A stretch of DNA of 52,218 nt from a virus. Lineage: Duplodnaviria > Caudoviricetes. The stretch spans positions 1 to 52,218 of IMG/VR virus record IMGVR_UViG_3300033142_001318; one strand, 5' to 3'. Position 1 is the stretch's first letter; every line of letters begins with the position of its first letter. Below the pieces are notes generated by a model, which saw only the letters and a list, made by a program, of their open reading frames with translations, was not told the origin of the DNA and made no database searches. The position numbers were made by a program, and so were the translations under genes. Below are positions 38,613 through 47,819 of this stretch, piece after piece.

Positions 38613-39656
38613 TTACTTACCGTGGTATATCCCATCACAGGTCGGGTAATCGTAGATATACTCATAACCTTGCATTCTACTTAGGGACATTCTACGTAGA
38701 TTTGTATGTATCGTATATTCACCATCTACATAATCACCACCCAGATTGATAAATGACCCTACTATTTTTATATCGCCTAATTGGTCCGTAGGTAACTTGA
38801 TTCTTACAGAATCATTCATTATACGGTGTCCACCGTTCGGATTATCTATGATCGTAGGTTTGAAGGATGCTATCATTTCATCATCTACGAATATTTCTAC
38901 ATGTTCTATCTGATCATAGGAATCTCCTTTTCTCCATCCACCGTAACGTGTAGAGATACACCCAAATATGATCTCATCGGGGTATTCCTTTATGTACTTG
39001 AAGTTACCTTGATATGTCAAACTAATATGACTTCCGGTTAATCCGACTTGATAATCTAGTGTTGATGTTGGTATTGGTGTTGGTGTCGGAGTGATTACGG
39101 GTGTCGGTGTTGATAATATCGTTGGTGTCGGTGTCGGTTCAACGTATCGTTCCGGTACTATTGTTGTGTCCAGTTTCGGGTTTGGTATCCCATTGAATCT
39201 CGTGTTGATTAATTCTTGGACTTTACCGTCTTCGAATGTACCTTCACAGGTTACTTTCCAGTCACCGATTATCGTACATCCAATTTTTCGTGGTACTTGA
39301 CATTCCGGTGAATAAAGATCTATGGTCTCACCATTTACCAGGACACGAAGTTCCTTAAGGAGGTGGAAATCCCTACCACCATTTACTGATATGATAAGTG
39401 TATCATATTCTTGTTGAGCACATATTTGAACATGATATGATCTCTGAATTGGTGCCGGTGTAGTCTGGAGTGATGTTAATACAGGTTCTTCGTATTCGGT
39501 ATTATCTGTGGCGATTCTGGATTTCTGTATGGATGCTATTGAGGCGTCTTCTATGGTACTTGTCGTTATCGATCCTATACACCCGGACATTAGTATGCTG
39601 ACAATTAAGACAGCAAGCAAAGCGATTTTGGTTCGGTTTTGTGTCATGTTGTTCAC
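38613..39656 (-). CDS. Lipoprotein with Pro/Thr linker and a pilin-like beta domain
   Basis: Signal peptide with lipobox-like LMSGC; PTPTP linker; VNGG.D...L..L.V.VNG...GTFEDG..Q.LI.T. Confidence 0.7.
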   Translation of the reverse strand: MNNMTQNRTKIALLAVLIVSILMSGCIGSITTSTIEDASIASIQKSRIATDNTEYEEPVLTSLQTTPAPIQRSYHVQICAQQEYDTLIISVNGGRDFHLLKELRVLVNGETIDLYSPECQVPRKIGCTIIGDWKVTCEGTFEDGKVQELINTRFNGIPNPKLDTTIVPERYVEPTPTPTILSTPTPVITPTPTPIPTSTLDYQVGLTGSHISLTYQGNFKYIKEYPDEIIFGCISTRYGGWRKGDSYDQIEHVEIFVDDEMIASFKPTIIDNPNGGHRIMNDSVRIKLPTDQLGDIKIVGSFINLGGDYVDGEYTIHTNLRRMSLSRMQGYEYIYDYPTCDGIYHGK

Positions 39657-39700
39657 ATCCTTATAGACTTTTGCCTATAATGTATTATTGGGCGTGATCC

Positions 39701-39736
39701 TATATAAAGATTGTGGTTTAAAACTTTAAAAGTTTT
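39701..39736 (-). promoter_or_regulatory. Palindrome + BRE + TATA promoter
   Basis: Minus strand reads AAAACTTT-T-AAAGTTTT aaaccacaatc TTTATATA. Confidence 0.75.
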
Positions 39737-40139
39737 AAATCGTATCCCTTAATATTTTTCTTACCACTGTTTCTTCCCCCCACAGATTAAATGACAATAT
39801 CAGACACCTCTTCTCATTGACTACTTTTACAGCTTTTTCTTCATTGTCCGTATTCACTTTATAGATCATAAATTCCCCAGATTCCCAAGGGTAAAATCCG
39901 TAAAAACCACTTTCATCTGTTGGTTTAACCATGTGCCTTACATTTTTAGTTGTACCATCTTTTGTCATCCATACTTGGATTATATCGATGGGTTGCGTGG
40001 AAGGGTCGAGTTCAAACTCTTCGACATTACCGTACTTAAAATTCATACGGTACTTTTCTGCTTCATCTTCATCTGTGAAGACGGCATTAATGTGATAATC
40101 CGAATAAGTACCACTCGTTACAACGAAAACTTTTTTCAT
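39735..40139 (-). CDS. Hypothetical viral protein
   Basis: KVFVVTSGTYSDYHINAVFTDEDEAEKY motif; GGAGG RBS. Confidence 0.65.
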   Translation of the reverse strand: MKKVFVVTSGTYSDYHINAVFTDEDEAEKYRMNFKYGNVEEFELDPSTQPIDIIQVWMTKDGTTKNVRHMVKPTDESGFYGFYPWESGEFMIYKVNTDNEEKAVKVVNEKRCLILSFNLWGEETVVRKILRDTI

Positions 40140-40721
40140 TTATTTCCTCCTATTTATGATCTTAACTTTTTTACGCGTGGAAAACTTATCGCAGAAAGTC
40201 GGGATACTGAAATTCTTACGGTACCGAGTATATTTCAACCCAAAATCATTTATCATCTTCGATATCCGGGTGTCAATGTCCTTCGCAAAGTCCGGATCCG
40301 TTGACCGCGTACCGTCTTCTTTTAGCCATTTAAGATTTAATGGCATATAGATTATGTAATCATATTTTTGTGACCAGTAGCGGGCTATCTCGACCATCTG
40401 TAGGTATTCTACGACCGGGAACGGTTTATGATTTTCACTGATCCTTTCCATATAACATAGATTATCCAATATAGCACGATTATATAGAATTATATCAGGA
40501 TCTTTATATTCAGCCTCTAATTCTTTTGTTAATTGTTCATGGAAAATCCATCGTTGTGATAAAAAGGTTCCTTGTTCGTTAATCCCGAACGGACACGAAC
40601 GAGCAACCTCTTCCACGACGTTAACTGTCTTACCACGCCGGTGAAGTTCTTTCTGAAGTTTTGACACCAGCGTTTTCTTCCCAGTTCCCTGAGATCCTAT
40701 GATGGCTATTTTTACATTCAT
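40140..40721 (-). CDS. P-loop nucleotide kinase-like protein (AAA_28 type)
   Basis: IAIIGSQGTGKKT, EVAR, NRAILD..Y, DGTR. Confidence 0.8.
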   Translation of the reverse strand: MNVKIAIIGSQGTGKKTLVSKLQKELHRRGKTVNVVEEVARSCPFGINEQGTFLSQRWIFHEQLTKELEAEYKDPDIILYNRAILDNLCYMERISENHKPFPVVEYLQMVEIARYWSQKYDYIIYMPLNLKWLKEDGTRSTDPDFAKDIDTRISKMINDFGLKYTRYRKNFSIPTFCDKFSTRKKVKIINRRK

Positions 40722-41035
40722 CCGTAATAGTTCCTACAATCGGATTCGTCCTCTGATTCCGGTTCTGGTTCTGGTTCTTGCATTTCAGCCATTCGTGCTA
40801 TCTGTTCTTTGAGTGCATTATCAGAAGCCGCATGGATTTCCTGCATGATCTCTTCATCATAGTCCGAACGTCTCCATAGGACATCATGTGGTACTATGGT
40901 AAGAAAATGTGTCGGTTTTCCTTCTTTATTAATTTCTATCATTCGTAGATAGAATATTCCATTTTCGATGAAAGGATATACCATTTCCTGGACATCGAAA
41001 TCATCTTTCGTTCCTCTAATTCTTATTGTCTGCAT
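40718..41035 (-). CDS. Hypothetical protein
   Basis: Operon-coupled ORF with GGTGA RBS. Confidence 0.55.
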   Translation of the reverse strand: MQTIRIRGTKDDFDVQEMVYPFIENGIFYLRMIEINKEGKPTHFLTIVPHDVLWRRSDYDEEIMQEIHAASDNALKEQIARMAEMQEPEPEPESEDESDCRNYYG

Positions 41036-41420
41036 TTATATCACCTTCTTTATCTAATGACATTAATTTAATTCTGTCTATCTCTGAAAGATAATGCATC
41101 ATCTGTTCTTCCAGAATTTTGTCGATAGCACCTATTCGTACCAGCATCTCTTCATTGTTACTATGCCCTTCCTTTATAGCACGGTTTGTAAGTCGGTCAC
41201 CATCAGCGAAGAGTAATCGCATCATTCTGTGGACGAATTCCACTGTGTTCTCTGTTTTAATCTCATTCATCCGTCCGGGTAAGATCTGATCTCGCCAGAT
41301 CCGGAATCTACGACTAAAATGTACATCGATCTTATACGCAGCCTTTTTATTAACTACTGTTACAGATTCGAATAGGCCGAAAAATTCACTTTCTGTTAAA
41401 ACATCTCCTATATCTTCCAT
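41016..41420 (-). CDS. Hypothetical protein
   Basis: GGTGA RBS; upstream BRE/TATA-like sequence near 41457-41474. Confidence 0.55.
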   Translation of the reverse strand: MEDIGDVLTESEFFGLFESVTVVNKKAAYKIDVHFSRRFRIWRDQILPGRMNEIKTENTVEFVHRMMRLLFADGDRLTNRAIKEGHSNNEEMLVRIGAIDKILEEQMMHYLSEIDRIKLMSLDKEGDINADNKN

Positions 41421-41479
41421 ATTATCACCTTATCTATATACTATTGTACTTAATCATATTTAAACTTTGTGATTATACT

Positions 41480-42322
41480 TTAAATATCTATCATAAAATA
41501 TCTATTAGGATATAAATAATACATTATTGAATCCTCCCAGTATTTTCGATTGGTGTTAGTTTTACTATGACAGGAACTACATAAAGGTACGAATTCACAT
41601 CTTAATCCACATAAACAGTTTTTATCATAATTTACATGGTGTACTGATAATCTTTTACCATTTTCTTTTTCTGTTTTACCACATAAGAAACATCTACGAT
41701 TGTAGAAATTACGTATTTGTTCTTTGAATTTTGTATTGAATAATGAACAATATTTCTGTTCCGTCATAAAACATCCCCATACGTTGTGTGGTAATCCTTG
41801 TTTTGTAGCTGACATATCTCGTTTACTTTCTTCTGTATGATGTCTATCCCAAAACGGATTACTTTCCCCTTTTAAGTTTCTAACTTGCCATTTTGCTTTA
41901 CAATCTTGATTACAGAAATTATGATTATAGATCTGTGTTCTCTTTTTATAGATTATAGAACCGCACCAATCACAGATAAGTTTGATATCTCCACCTTTCC
42001 AACCAGGATGATTCTCTTTATTTAAATTCTCTGATTGCCATTTCGCTTTACAATTTATATTACAAAAATTATGATTCCTGATACCACTTTTTATTCTATA
42101 AATCGTTGCACCACACTGATTACAAATAATTTTGATTCTCGAACTATATGAACATTTTCTACAAATATCACTATATCCTCTAAATTCAAGTATCTTTATA
42201 TCATTACAATTATCACATATACGTACTATTTTTCTATGTGATCCTGGATATTTCAAGAAAAAATTCTTACATTCATCTATATTCCAATTATGTAAATCTG
42301 CACTCTGTTTCCAGTCAATCAT
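41480..42322 (-). CDS. HNH homing-endonuclease-like protein with zinc ribbons
   Basis: CxxC/FCNxxC repeats, HTEESK, CFLCG...LSVHHVNYDK...LCSSCHSKTN. Confidence 0.85.
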   Translation of the reverse strand: MIDWKQSADLHNWNIDECKNFFLKYPGSHRKIVRICDNCNDIKILEFRGYSDICRKCSYSSRIKIICNQCGATIYRIKSGIRNHNFCNINCKAKWQSENLNKENHPGWKGGDIKLICDWCGSIIYKKRTQIYNHNFCNQDCKAKWQVRNLKGESNPFWDRHHTEESKRDMSATKQGLPHNVWGCFMTEQKYCSLFNTKFKEQIRNFYNRRCFLCGKTEKENGKRLSVHHVNYDKNCLCGLRCEFVPLCSSCHSKTNTNRKYWEDSIMYYLYPNRYFMIDI

Positions 42323-42333
42323 CTAATTATCCT

Positions 42334-43479
42334 CTAAATAATACGAACAAATACGGGAAATCTTAATTTTTTCATTTTAGTTATCTCTTGATATCGAATT
42401 ACACAATTCAAGTGTTCTCCAGTATTTATTCGTTGTGTAATTTCTATTAATTGATTATCACTGAAACCTGTACCCACTTTTGTCTGTACACCACTTAGAC
42501 CTTCAGGCTCAACTATGATTGCACCGAGTACATTACTACGTTTACCGGTACCTGTAGTCATTCCCACAATCCGGGCATTCAAATCCTGCATAAGTTTTCT
42601 CTTAATCCAACCTCGATTTTTCGGTTTATAGACAGCACTGGGATCTTTCGCTATAACACCTTCCGCGCCGGTTTCCCGGATCCAATCATCCACATCGTCC
42701 AATGTGGAAAGATCAAGAATTTCCGGGATACTTACACGACCGGAAAGGTCAAGTCCTTCGAGCTTTGTACGCCTGTGCGTAAGGGATTGATCCATGATGT
42801 TTTGACCATCAACATAAAGGGCATCAAAAACCTGATACTGGACATCGTTTCCGTGACGTCTAAGAGACTCGAAGACACCGTCCATAGCCAGGATCTCTCC
42901 ATCAACGACTGAACCTTCCGGTAGACACCGTTCAAGTTCCTGTGTAATCCGTTCAGACACAAGGGGTTTACCATTTCTACTGTGGAGTATCACTTCTCCG
43001 TCTACCTTTCGGGCTACTAATCTGTAACCATCTAGTTTTGGTTCGATTTGGTACTCTGATGGGTTGAATTCTTTCGCTTTAGCTAACATCGGAGATATTA
43101 TATCACCAATCCCACTATTAACCCGGTGAATTGTCACACCGAGTCCGAGGTTACCACCGAGACCATATAAGGCTTGACCCACGAAATCCTTCTCGTCCTG
43201 TGTAAGTGTGATCCCATGGACGATATTCCGTTTTTCTGTACTGGAACCTATCTTCGATGCCACATCGAAGGCATCAATAAGGTATTCTAATGTGGAAGAC
43301 CGATGTCCCATATTGATCTCCTGATAAATTTCAGTACCGATTCCTACCATGGGAATATTAGCACCCAATAAGTCCTGGATTTGTGGGGACAAAGTGGCGA
43401 TGTATGCTAACTTTTCTTTTTTCGTACCTAAATTCCGGATAGCGTTAGCTTTATCCATCACTGTGGATATTGTTGTCAT
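42334..43479 (-). CDS. lig: ATP-dependent DNA ligase
   Basis: Motif I EPKLDGYR, III VDGEI, IIIa VFD, IV EGVIAK, V WIKRK, VI LRFPVF. Confidence 0.92.
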   Translation of the reverse strand: MTTISTVMDKANAIRNLGTKKEKLAYIATLSPQIQDLLGANIPMVGIGTEIYQEINMGHRSSTLEYLIDAFDVASKIGSSTEKRNIVHGITLTQDEKDFVGQALYGLGGNLGLGVTIHRVNSGIGDIISPMLAKAKEFNPSEYQIEPKLDGYRLVARKVDGEVILHSRNGKPLVSERITQELERCLPEGSVVDGEILAMDGVFESLRRHGNDVQYQVFDALYVDGQNIMDQSLTHRRTKLEGLDLSGRVSIPEILDLSTLDDVDDWIRETGAEGVIAKDPSAVYKPKNRGWIKRKLMQDLNARIVGMTTGTGKRSNVLGAIIVEPEGLSGVQTKVGTGFSDNQLIEITQRINTGEHLNCVIRYQEITKMKKLRFPVFVRII

Positions 43480-43675
43480 GATTGGATCTCCAGTATCTGT
43501 TTGTCTATGATTAATCTGTCACATCGGTATAATACGAGACATTTACTATGATGTGTTATCGAAAATGATGTAATAATCTCGTCATCGTAGACATCGATAA
43601 TCCCATATTCCATTTCTACTCTATTCAGTTCCATCATAATATGTCATTAACCTTAATCCTATATAAAGTTTGTGG

Positions 43676-44395
43676 TTATATCGATCGCATCATAATCAGA
43701 AATTCGTTAGCTTTTTCGAATGCACCCGGACGTGGACGTTCCGGTAACGAGTCTTTTTCTACCTTCCTCGATTCTTCTACCAGATCATCATATATTCTTA
43801 GATTTGTGGCTCTCATCATATCTGATACCTTACGATTTCCCCTATATAGATCTATAAGGGTATCTACGTGATCCGTTAGATCAAATCGATTAGATATCTT
43901 TGTAATGTCCGATTCGAATTCTCCTGTCTCACAGAGGTTTATATAAACCATCAGGGGACGGATTGCATAAATACATTTTTTCGGATCATTCCAGTTCATC
44001 TTATAGATAGAATATGCCCATCCCCGGACGTGGTGTCCAAGTATCTGTGATAGTGAAAGATCAGCGATTTCCATGAATATTGGTGGGTAGTCCACATACT
44101 GATATGGTGTGTAGACCCATTCCATTATGTTGAAGTTCGGTTTTATCAGTAATCTAAGAAATTTTTCGAGTTCGAAAATCTGCCAGTCAACCATCCTGTC
44201 AGATGAAAATCCTTCGATGGTATTTCTTGGCTTTCTCAGACCTAAGACTAGTGAGTTGTCTTCAATGAATACACCTCGAATGTCTGTGTCACTGGTTTCG
44301 GACTTAAAACCGTAAGTACCACTTCCGGACTCACAGAGTAATATAAGTTTTTTATTAAAATTCTCTATAAATTCTTCTATTTCTATATTAGTCAT
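43676..44395 (-). CDS. Pol-beta-superfamily nucleotidyltransferase (YcgL/RlaP-like)
   Basis: ESGSGTYGF.SETSDTDIRGVF; ELEKFLRLL.K.N.N..EW; start reassigned to 44395. Confidence 0.8.
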   Translation of the reverse strand: MTNIEIEEFIENFNKKLILLCESGSGTYGFKSETSDTDIRGVFIEDNSLVLGLRKPRNTIEGFSSDRMVDWQIFELEKFLRLLIKPNFNIMEWVYTPYQYVDYPPIFMEIADLSLSQILGHHVRGWAYSIYKMNWNDPKKCIYAIRPLMVYINLCETGEFESDITKISNRFDLTDHVDTLIDLYRGNRKVSDMMRATNLRIYDDLVEESRKVEKDSLPERPRPGAFEKANEFLIMMRSI

Positions 44396-44693
44396 CTTCA
44401 TCATCTTCGTCATCCTCGAATTCAAATAATTCAAATTTACTACAAACACATTCCAGACTTATGTCGTCACCGCGTAGATTACATGCCGGACGGTATAAGT
44501 CTACGTGTTTACAGCGCTCTACTAATCCAGTCCGATTGGATGTGAAACGGTTGGTCTTTAAGCTGTGTATATCCCTTATCAGGGAAATTCATATCGAATA
44601 GCTTCGATGCGAAATCCATGAGTTGTTCTTTCGTTAATTCTAATTCCATCATATTATATCACCTTATATATTTTGATTACTTGGTCTCATTTC

Positions 44694-45566
44694 TTAACCC
44701 CTATAACTGCAATGTGCTGTGTGTATCAAGGCGTAAGTTCTAGGATAATCGAGTTTAACCTTCTTTGCTCGGATTGCGTTTAAACACGCGCCACAGATGT
44801 TTTTCCCGTACTTATAACCGTGCTCATATCTTGATAGCCACACGTCGGCATCAGATATGAGCATTGGTGATTTAACGTTGTCATTGATGATAACTATGAT
44901 ATTACGTAGGTCGGTAGGCTTGAATTCGGTAAATTTTCCGTGTAATGCGTTTAGAATATGTTCATTTTGTGAAACCGGGATTTCCATTTCATCACTATAT
45001 CCGTACTCGAGAAGGTGTATAAGGCACCTATAAGACCTACACCTGTCTACAAACTCATTAATCTGTGTAGAAGTCAATCCAAGGTTTTCTTTATCATTAA
45101 CCCGTTTAGCAAACGCTAACATAGAAAAATGATTGACTTTTATCTCTTTTTCCATGCACTGTTTACGAATTTTATCTGGAATCTTGGATATATTATTTGC
45201 TATTAATATAATCGGGATTTTATTATTAATATTGGATATTTCTTCTATTTTCTTCCACGTTGTCTTTGGGAGACCGTCGCATTCATCGAGGACAACACAA
45301 ACATTCTCATTTTTAATTCCGGATGATAAATAATCTCCGATTTTGATATCGCCGGTTTTCCGGGTGTCCGAGGCGTTACTTCTGCGCATCGTGACGTGTT
45401 CTGAGTGTTCTATCACATCGATTAGTGTTGTCTTACCACACCCGGGAGGTCCGTGTAGAAGGAAAAATCTCCGGGTAGCCTTACCCATGGTAGTTTTGTT
45501 TAGGTAGTTGACTACGTCGGCCGCATTGTAGCCGATATAGTCTTTTGGATCTATGGGTGATATCAT
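44694..45566 (-). CDS. RFC-like clamp-loader AAA+ ATPase
   Basis: GPPGCGKTT, NASD, LDECD, PIILIAN. Confidence 0.85.
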   Translation of the reverse strand: MISPIDPKDYIGYNAADVVNYLNKTTMGKATRRFFLLHGPPGCGKTTLIDVIEHSEHVTMRRSNASDTRKTGDIKIGDYLSSGIKNENVCVVLDECDGLPKTTWKKIEEISNINNKIPIILIANNISKIPDKIRKQCMEKEIKVNHFSMLAFAKRVNDKENLGLTSTQINEFVDRCRSYRCLIHLLEYGYSDEMEIPVSQNEHILNALHGKFTEFKPTDLRNIIVIINDNVKSPMLISDADVWLSRYEHGYKYGKNICGACLNAIRAKKVKLDYPRTYALIHTAHCSYRG

Positions 45567-45781
45567 TCTTTAACCTTTCTGAATTGTATATTATAAATTC
45601 CATACAATGCGATAATCTCGTAGACTATAAAGAGAAATGCTATCTCATATTCATTTATCATTATATTATGCGCTATGAGACCGATGTTTGATACACTCCA
45701 AATATAGTTTGCTGTCAATGCACGATTCTGTGAAACACATATCGCACCTGCGATTGACATAAGGGTGATTATTAATATCAT
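45563..45781 (-). CDS. Small three-helix membrane protein
   Basis: Three hydrophobic segments; SI.GA...W.VSN motif. Confidence 0.6.
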   Translation of the reverse strand: MILIITLMSIAGAICVSQNRALTANYIWSVSNIGLIAHNIMINEYEIAFLFIVYEIIALYGIYNIQFRKVKE

Positions 45782-45791
45782 AAATTAAAAG

Positions 45792-45813
45792 ATAATGGTG
45801 TAAACACCATTAT
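45792..45813. terminator. 9-bp hairpin
   Basis: ataatggtg-taaa-caccattat at the end of gene 45810-46193. Confidence 0.45.
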
Positions 45814-46193
45814 TTTAGGACTTCGGTATTATCTCGGTATGTATGGTATGCCTCTTGTGTAATGAACCAGTCATTCCGTCCGGTCTCCTGATATGGGTTA
45901 TTTCCGGCAATGTACTTCGCTATGTCCATCGACATGATGTAGACCTTCTTTGAACATCGATATCTCAGTCTTGTCACGGCTACGACATAGTCTGCTTTTA
46001 GTGTGTCCAGTGATCCATTCATTAGTGCGATCGCAGGCTCTTCATTCATCCCGCGTACGAGAATAGTCTTTCCGCTGTCAAGTATAAGGTCTATTCCACG
46101 TCCTGGACCCGCTCGCGTGGAGATTCCGTTCTCGATAAGGTAGCAAGCTGCATGTTCAACAGCTTTTTTGTGGGTTTCGTTGTTATTCGCCAT
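45810..46193 (-). CDS. Hypothetical protein, possibly a degenerate PD-(D/E)XK fold
   Basis: A..YL..NG....GIDLI...K.ILVRG; catalytic ExK absent. Confidence 0.5.
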   Translation of the reverse strand: MANNNETHKKAVEHAACYLIENGISTRAGPGRGIDLILDSGKTILVRGMNEEPAIALMNGSLDTLKADYVVAVTRLRYRCSKKVYIMSMDIAKYIAGNNPYQETGRNDWFITQEAYHTYRDNTEVLK

Positions 46194-46234
46194 TATAGTT
46201 CACCTTTGTGTAATATTACATCTGTACGTGATAG

Positions 46235-46270
46235 TATATAAAGGTTGTGGTCTAAAACTTTAAAAGTTTT
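46235..46270 (-). promoter_or_regulatory. Palindrome + BRE + TATA promoter
   Basis: Minus strand reads AAAACTTT-T-AAAGTTTT agaccacaacc TTTATATA. Confidence 0.75.
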
Positions 46271-46279
46271 AATTGTTTA

Positions 46280-46846
46280 TCAACAGTAGTCACTTAGGTT
46301 CATAGTTCTACCCACGGGCTTTTCCTTTTTCAGACCATCTAGATATTTTAATTTCAAATAATTATCTTCTGATATCTTTGCATAGAAATCATCACTCCCT
46401 TGATCCAATAGATCACAGATTCTTTGTGATTCTTCGATACCGAAGATTAGATCGAGTGATGCCCGGAATGTTTTATATGCCGGTTCCCCCACACCATGAC
46501 ACTTAAATTTGATGTATCTATGTCGGATTATTAAAGTATCATTACCGTTAAGTGTAAACGGTGATGCAATACAACCGAATGGTTTCAGTGTGGTCCCATG
46601 TACATTACAAAGACCACTCGGTAATTGATGTGGACACATCTTAGTATCCGGGTCCGCTTGGAGTAGCCCATCAACTACATCGAACCCGTTATTACGTTGT
46701 GTGATTTCTTCTTCCGGGAGTAGACTTACTATGATCTTCCCGGTTCCCCTGCAACACCTACCGTTGCAGGTCGTCGTGATGTATTCGACGTTACAATTAA
46801 ATAGGTGGTTAGCCCATTTACTCGATATTTTTATTGTCTTATTCAT
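46280..46846 (-). CDS. YkgJ-like Cys-cluster (Zn/Fe-chelating) protein
   Basis: C..CNGRCC...CPHQ...LCNVH...KPFGCIASPF. Confidence 0.7.
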   Translation of the reverse strand: MNKTIKISSKWANHLFNCNVEYITTTCNGRCCRGTGKIIVSLLPEEEITQRNNGFDVVDGLLQADPDTKMCPHQLPSGLCNVHGTTLKPFGCIASPFTLNGNDTLIIRHRYIKFKCHGVGEPAYKTFRASLDLIFGIEESQRICDLLDQGSDDFYAKISEDNYLKLKYLDGLKKEKPVGRTMNLSDYC

Positions 46847-47739
46847 GAATTATCAAAACTCCTCACCAGTATAGGTTTCGCCTTCTCGAGGTCGGCGGGC
46901 GTCCTTATAGTAATATGTAGGGGCCCGTCATTACCATGGATATCACGAGCATCTTCCGTGAATCCATCTTCTAATGTGATCATATCCGGGTTGATGTTAG
47001 CACCGATTCGGATGTTACCATCCTTCGAAAAGATCTTTACGACGGCGAAATTCCGACCCGTTCTGAATGCCGTATAATTCTTCGTTTCCTTGACCTTTAC
47101 TGTAGTATCCAGATTCACCAGGAATTGTTTAAGATCACCGTATACTTCTCTGATGGTATCATTACATCTTTTGAGTCTTTCATCCGTTGTAGAACTGTAT
47201 AGGATATCTGATTTTGACGTCCCGGTATTATTAGTGTTCCGAGTGTATACATCCTCTATTATCAACATTCCATTATTAAACAGTCGATATTGCATCAGTT
47301 CGATATTAGGTCCCATGTATCCGATCGCACCGATGACGTATTTCTTGAAATCGTTTGCGATACAGATTACCCTAGGTTCCGACCAATCGATATTCTCACT
47401 CACGTCTTTACCGAGTTTTTCCTGTACAGCGAGTTTGAATTCTGACTTGTGATCCATTAACCACGAAAGGTAAAACAATCCCTGTATAGCAGCACCACTA
47501 TCTATATTACGTTTGTACTCAATGATCACGGGAACGTTGTTTTCATCGATACCGAGTGAATCTATTATCCCACCGTGTATCTTTCCTGTTTGGTACTCTG
47601 TAGCAAGGAATCTGACACCGAGGTATGTTTCCATATCTTTCTCAATGATGGTCTGGACATCCTTTTCAAGGATATCCGTTTTCTCCTGGATCTTCTGTAT
47701 GTTCTCTCCGGTTTGGTATAGGTGTGTCGTGTTTGTCAT
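46843..47739 (-). CDS. NucS-like PD-(D/E)XK domain plus DUF5655-like domain
   Basis: EKD.Q..IE, IDSLGID....VIIEYKR, QGLFYL.W; C-terminal K.Y.AF, DARDIHG.G; start reassigned to 47739. Confidence 0.8.
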   Translation of the reverse strand: MTNTTHLYQTGENIQKIQEKTDILEKDVQTIIEKDMETYLGVRFLATEYQTGKIHGGIIDSLGIDENNVPVIIEYKRNIDSGAAIQGLFYLSWLMDHKSEFKLAVQEKLGKDVSENIDWSEPRVICIANDFKKYVIGAIGYMGPNIELMQYRLFNNGMLIIEDVYTRNTNNTGTSKSDILYSSTTDERLKRCNDTIREVYGDLKQFLVNLDTTVKVKETKNYTAFRTGRNFAVVKIFSKDGNIRIGANINPDMITLEDGFTEDARDIHGNDGPLHITIRTPADLEKAKPILVRSFDNS

Positions 47740-47778
47740 TATGTTCACTTCCTGTAAGTCTATATCTCTCACCGGAGG

Positions 47779-47814
47779 TATATAAAGTTTACGGTTTAAA
47801 ACTTTAAAAGTTTT
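47779..47814 (-). promoter_or_regulatory. Palindrome + BRE + TATA promoter
   Basis: Minus strand reads AAAACTTT-T-AAAGTTTT aaaccgtaaac TTTATATA. Confidence 0.75.
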
Positions 47815-47819
47815 AACAC

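Noticed and set aside
44660-44730. Possible frameshifted C-terminus of the RFC-like gene (alternative frame IAVIGVKK*)
   Set aside because: Too short to support without homologue alignment.
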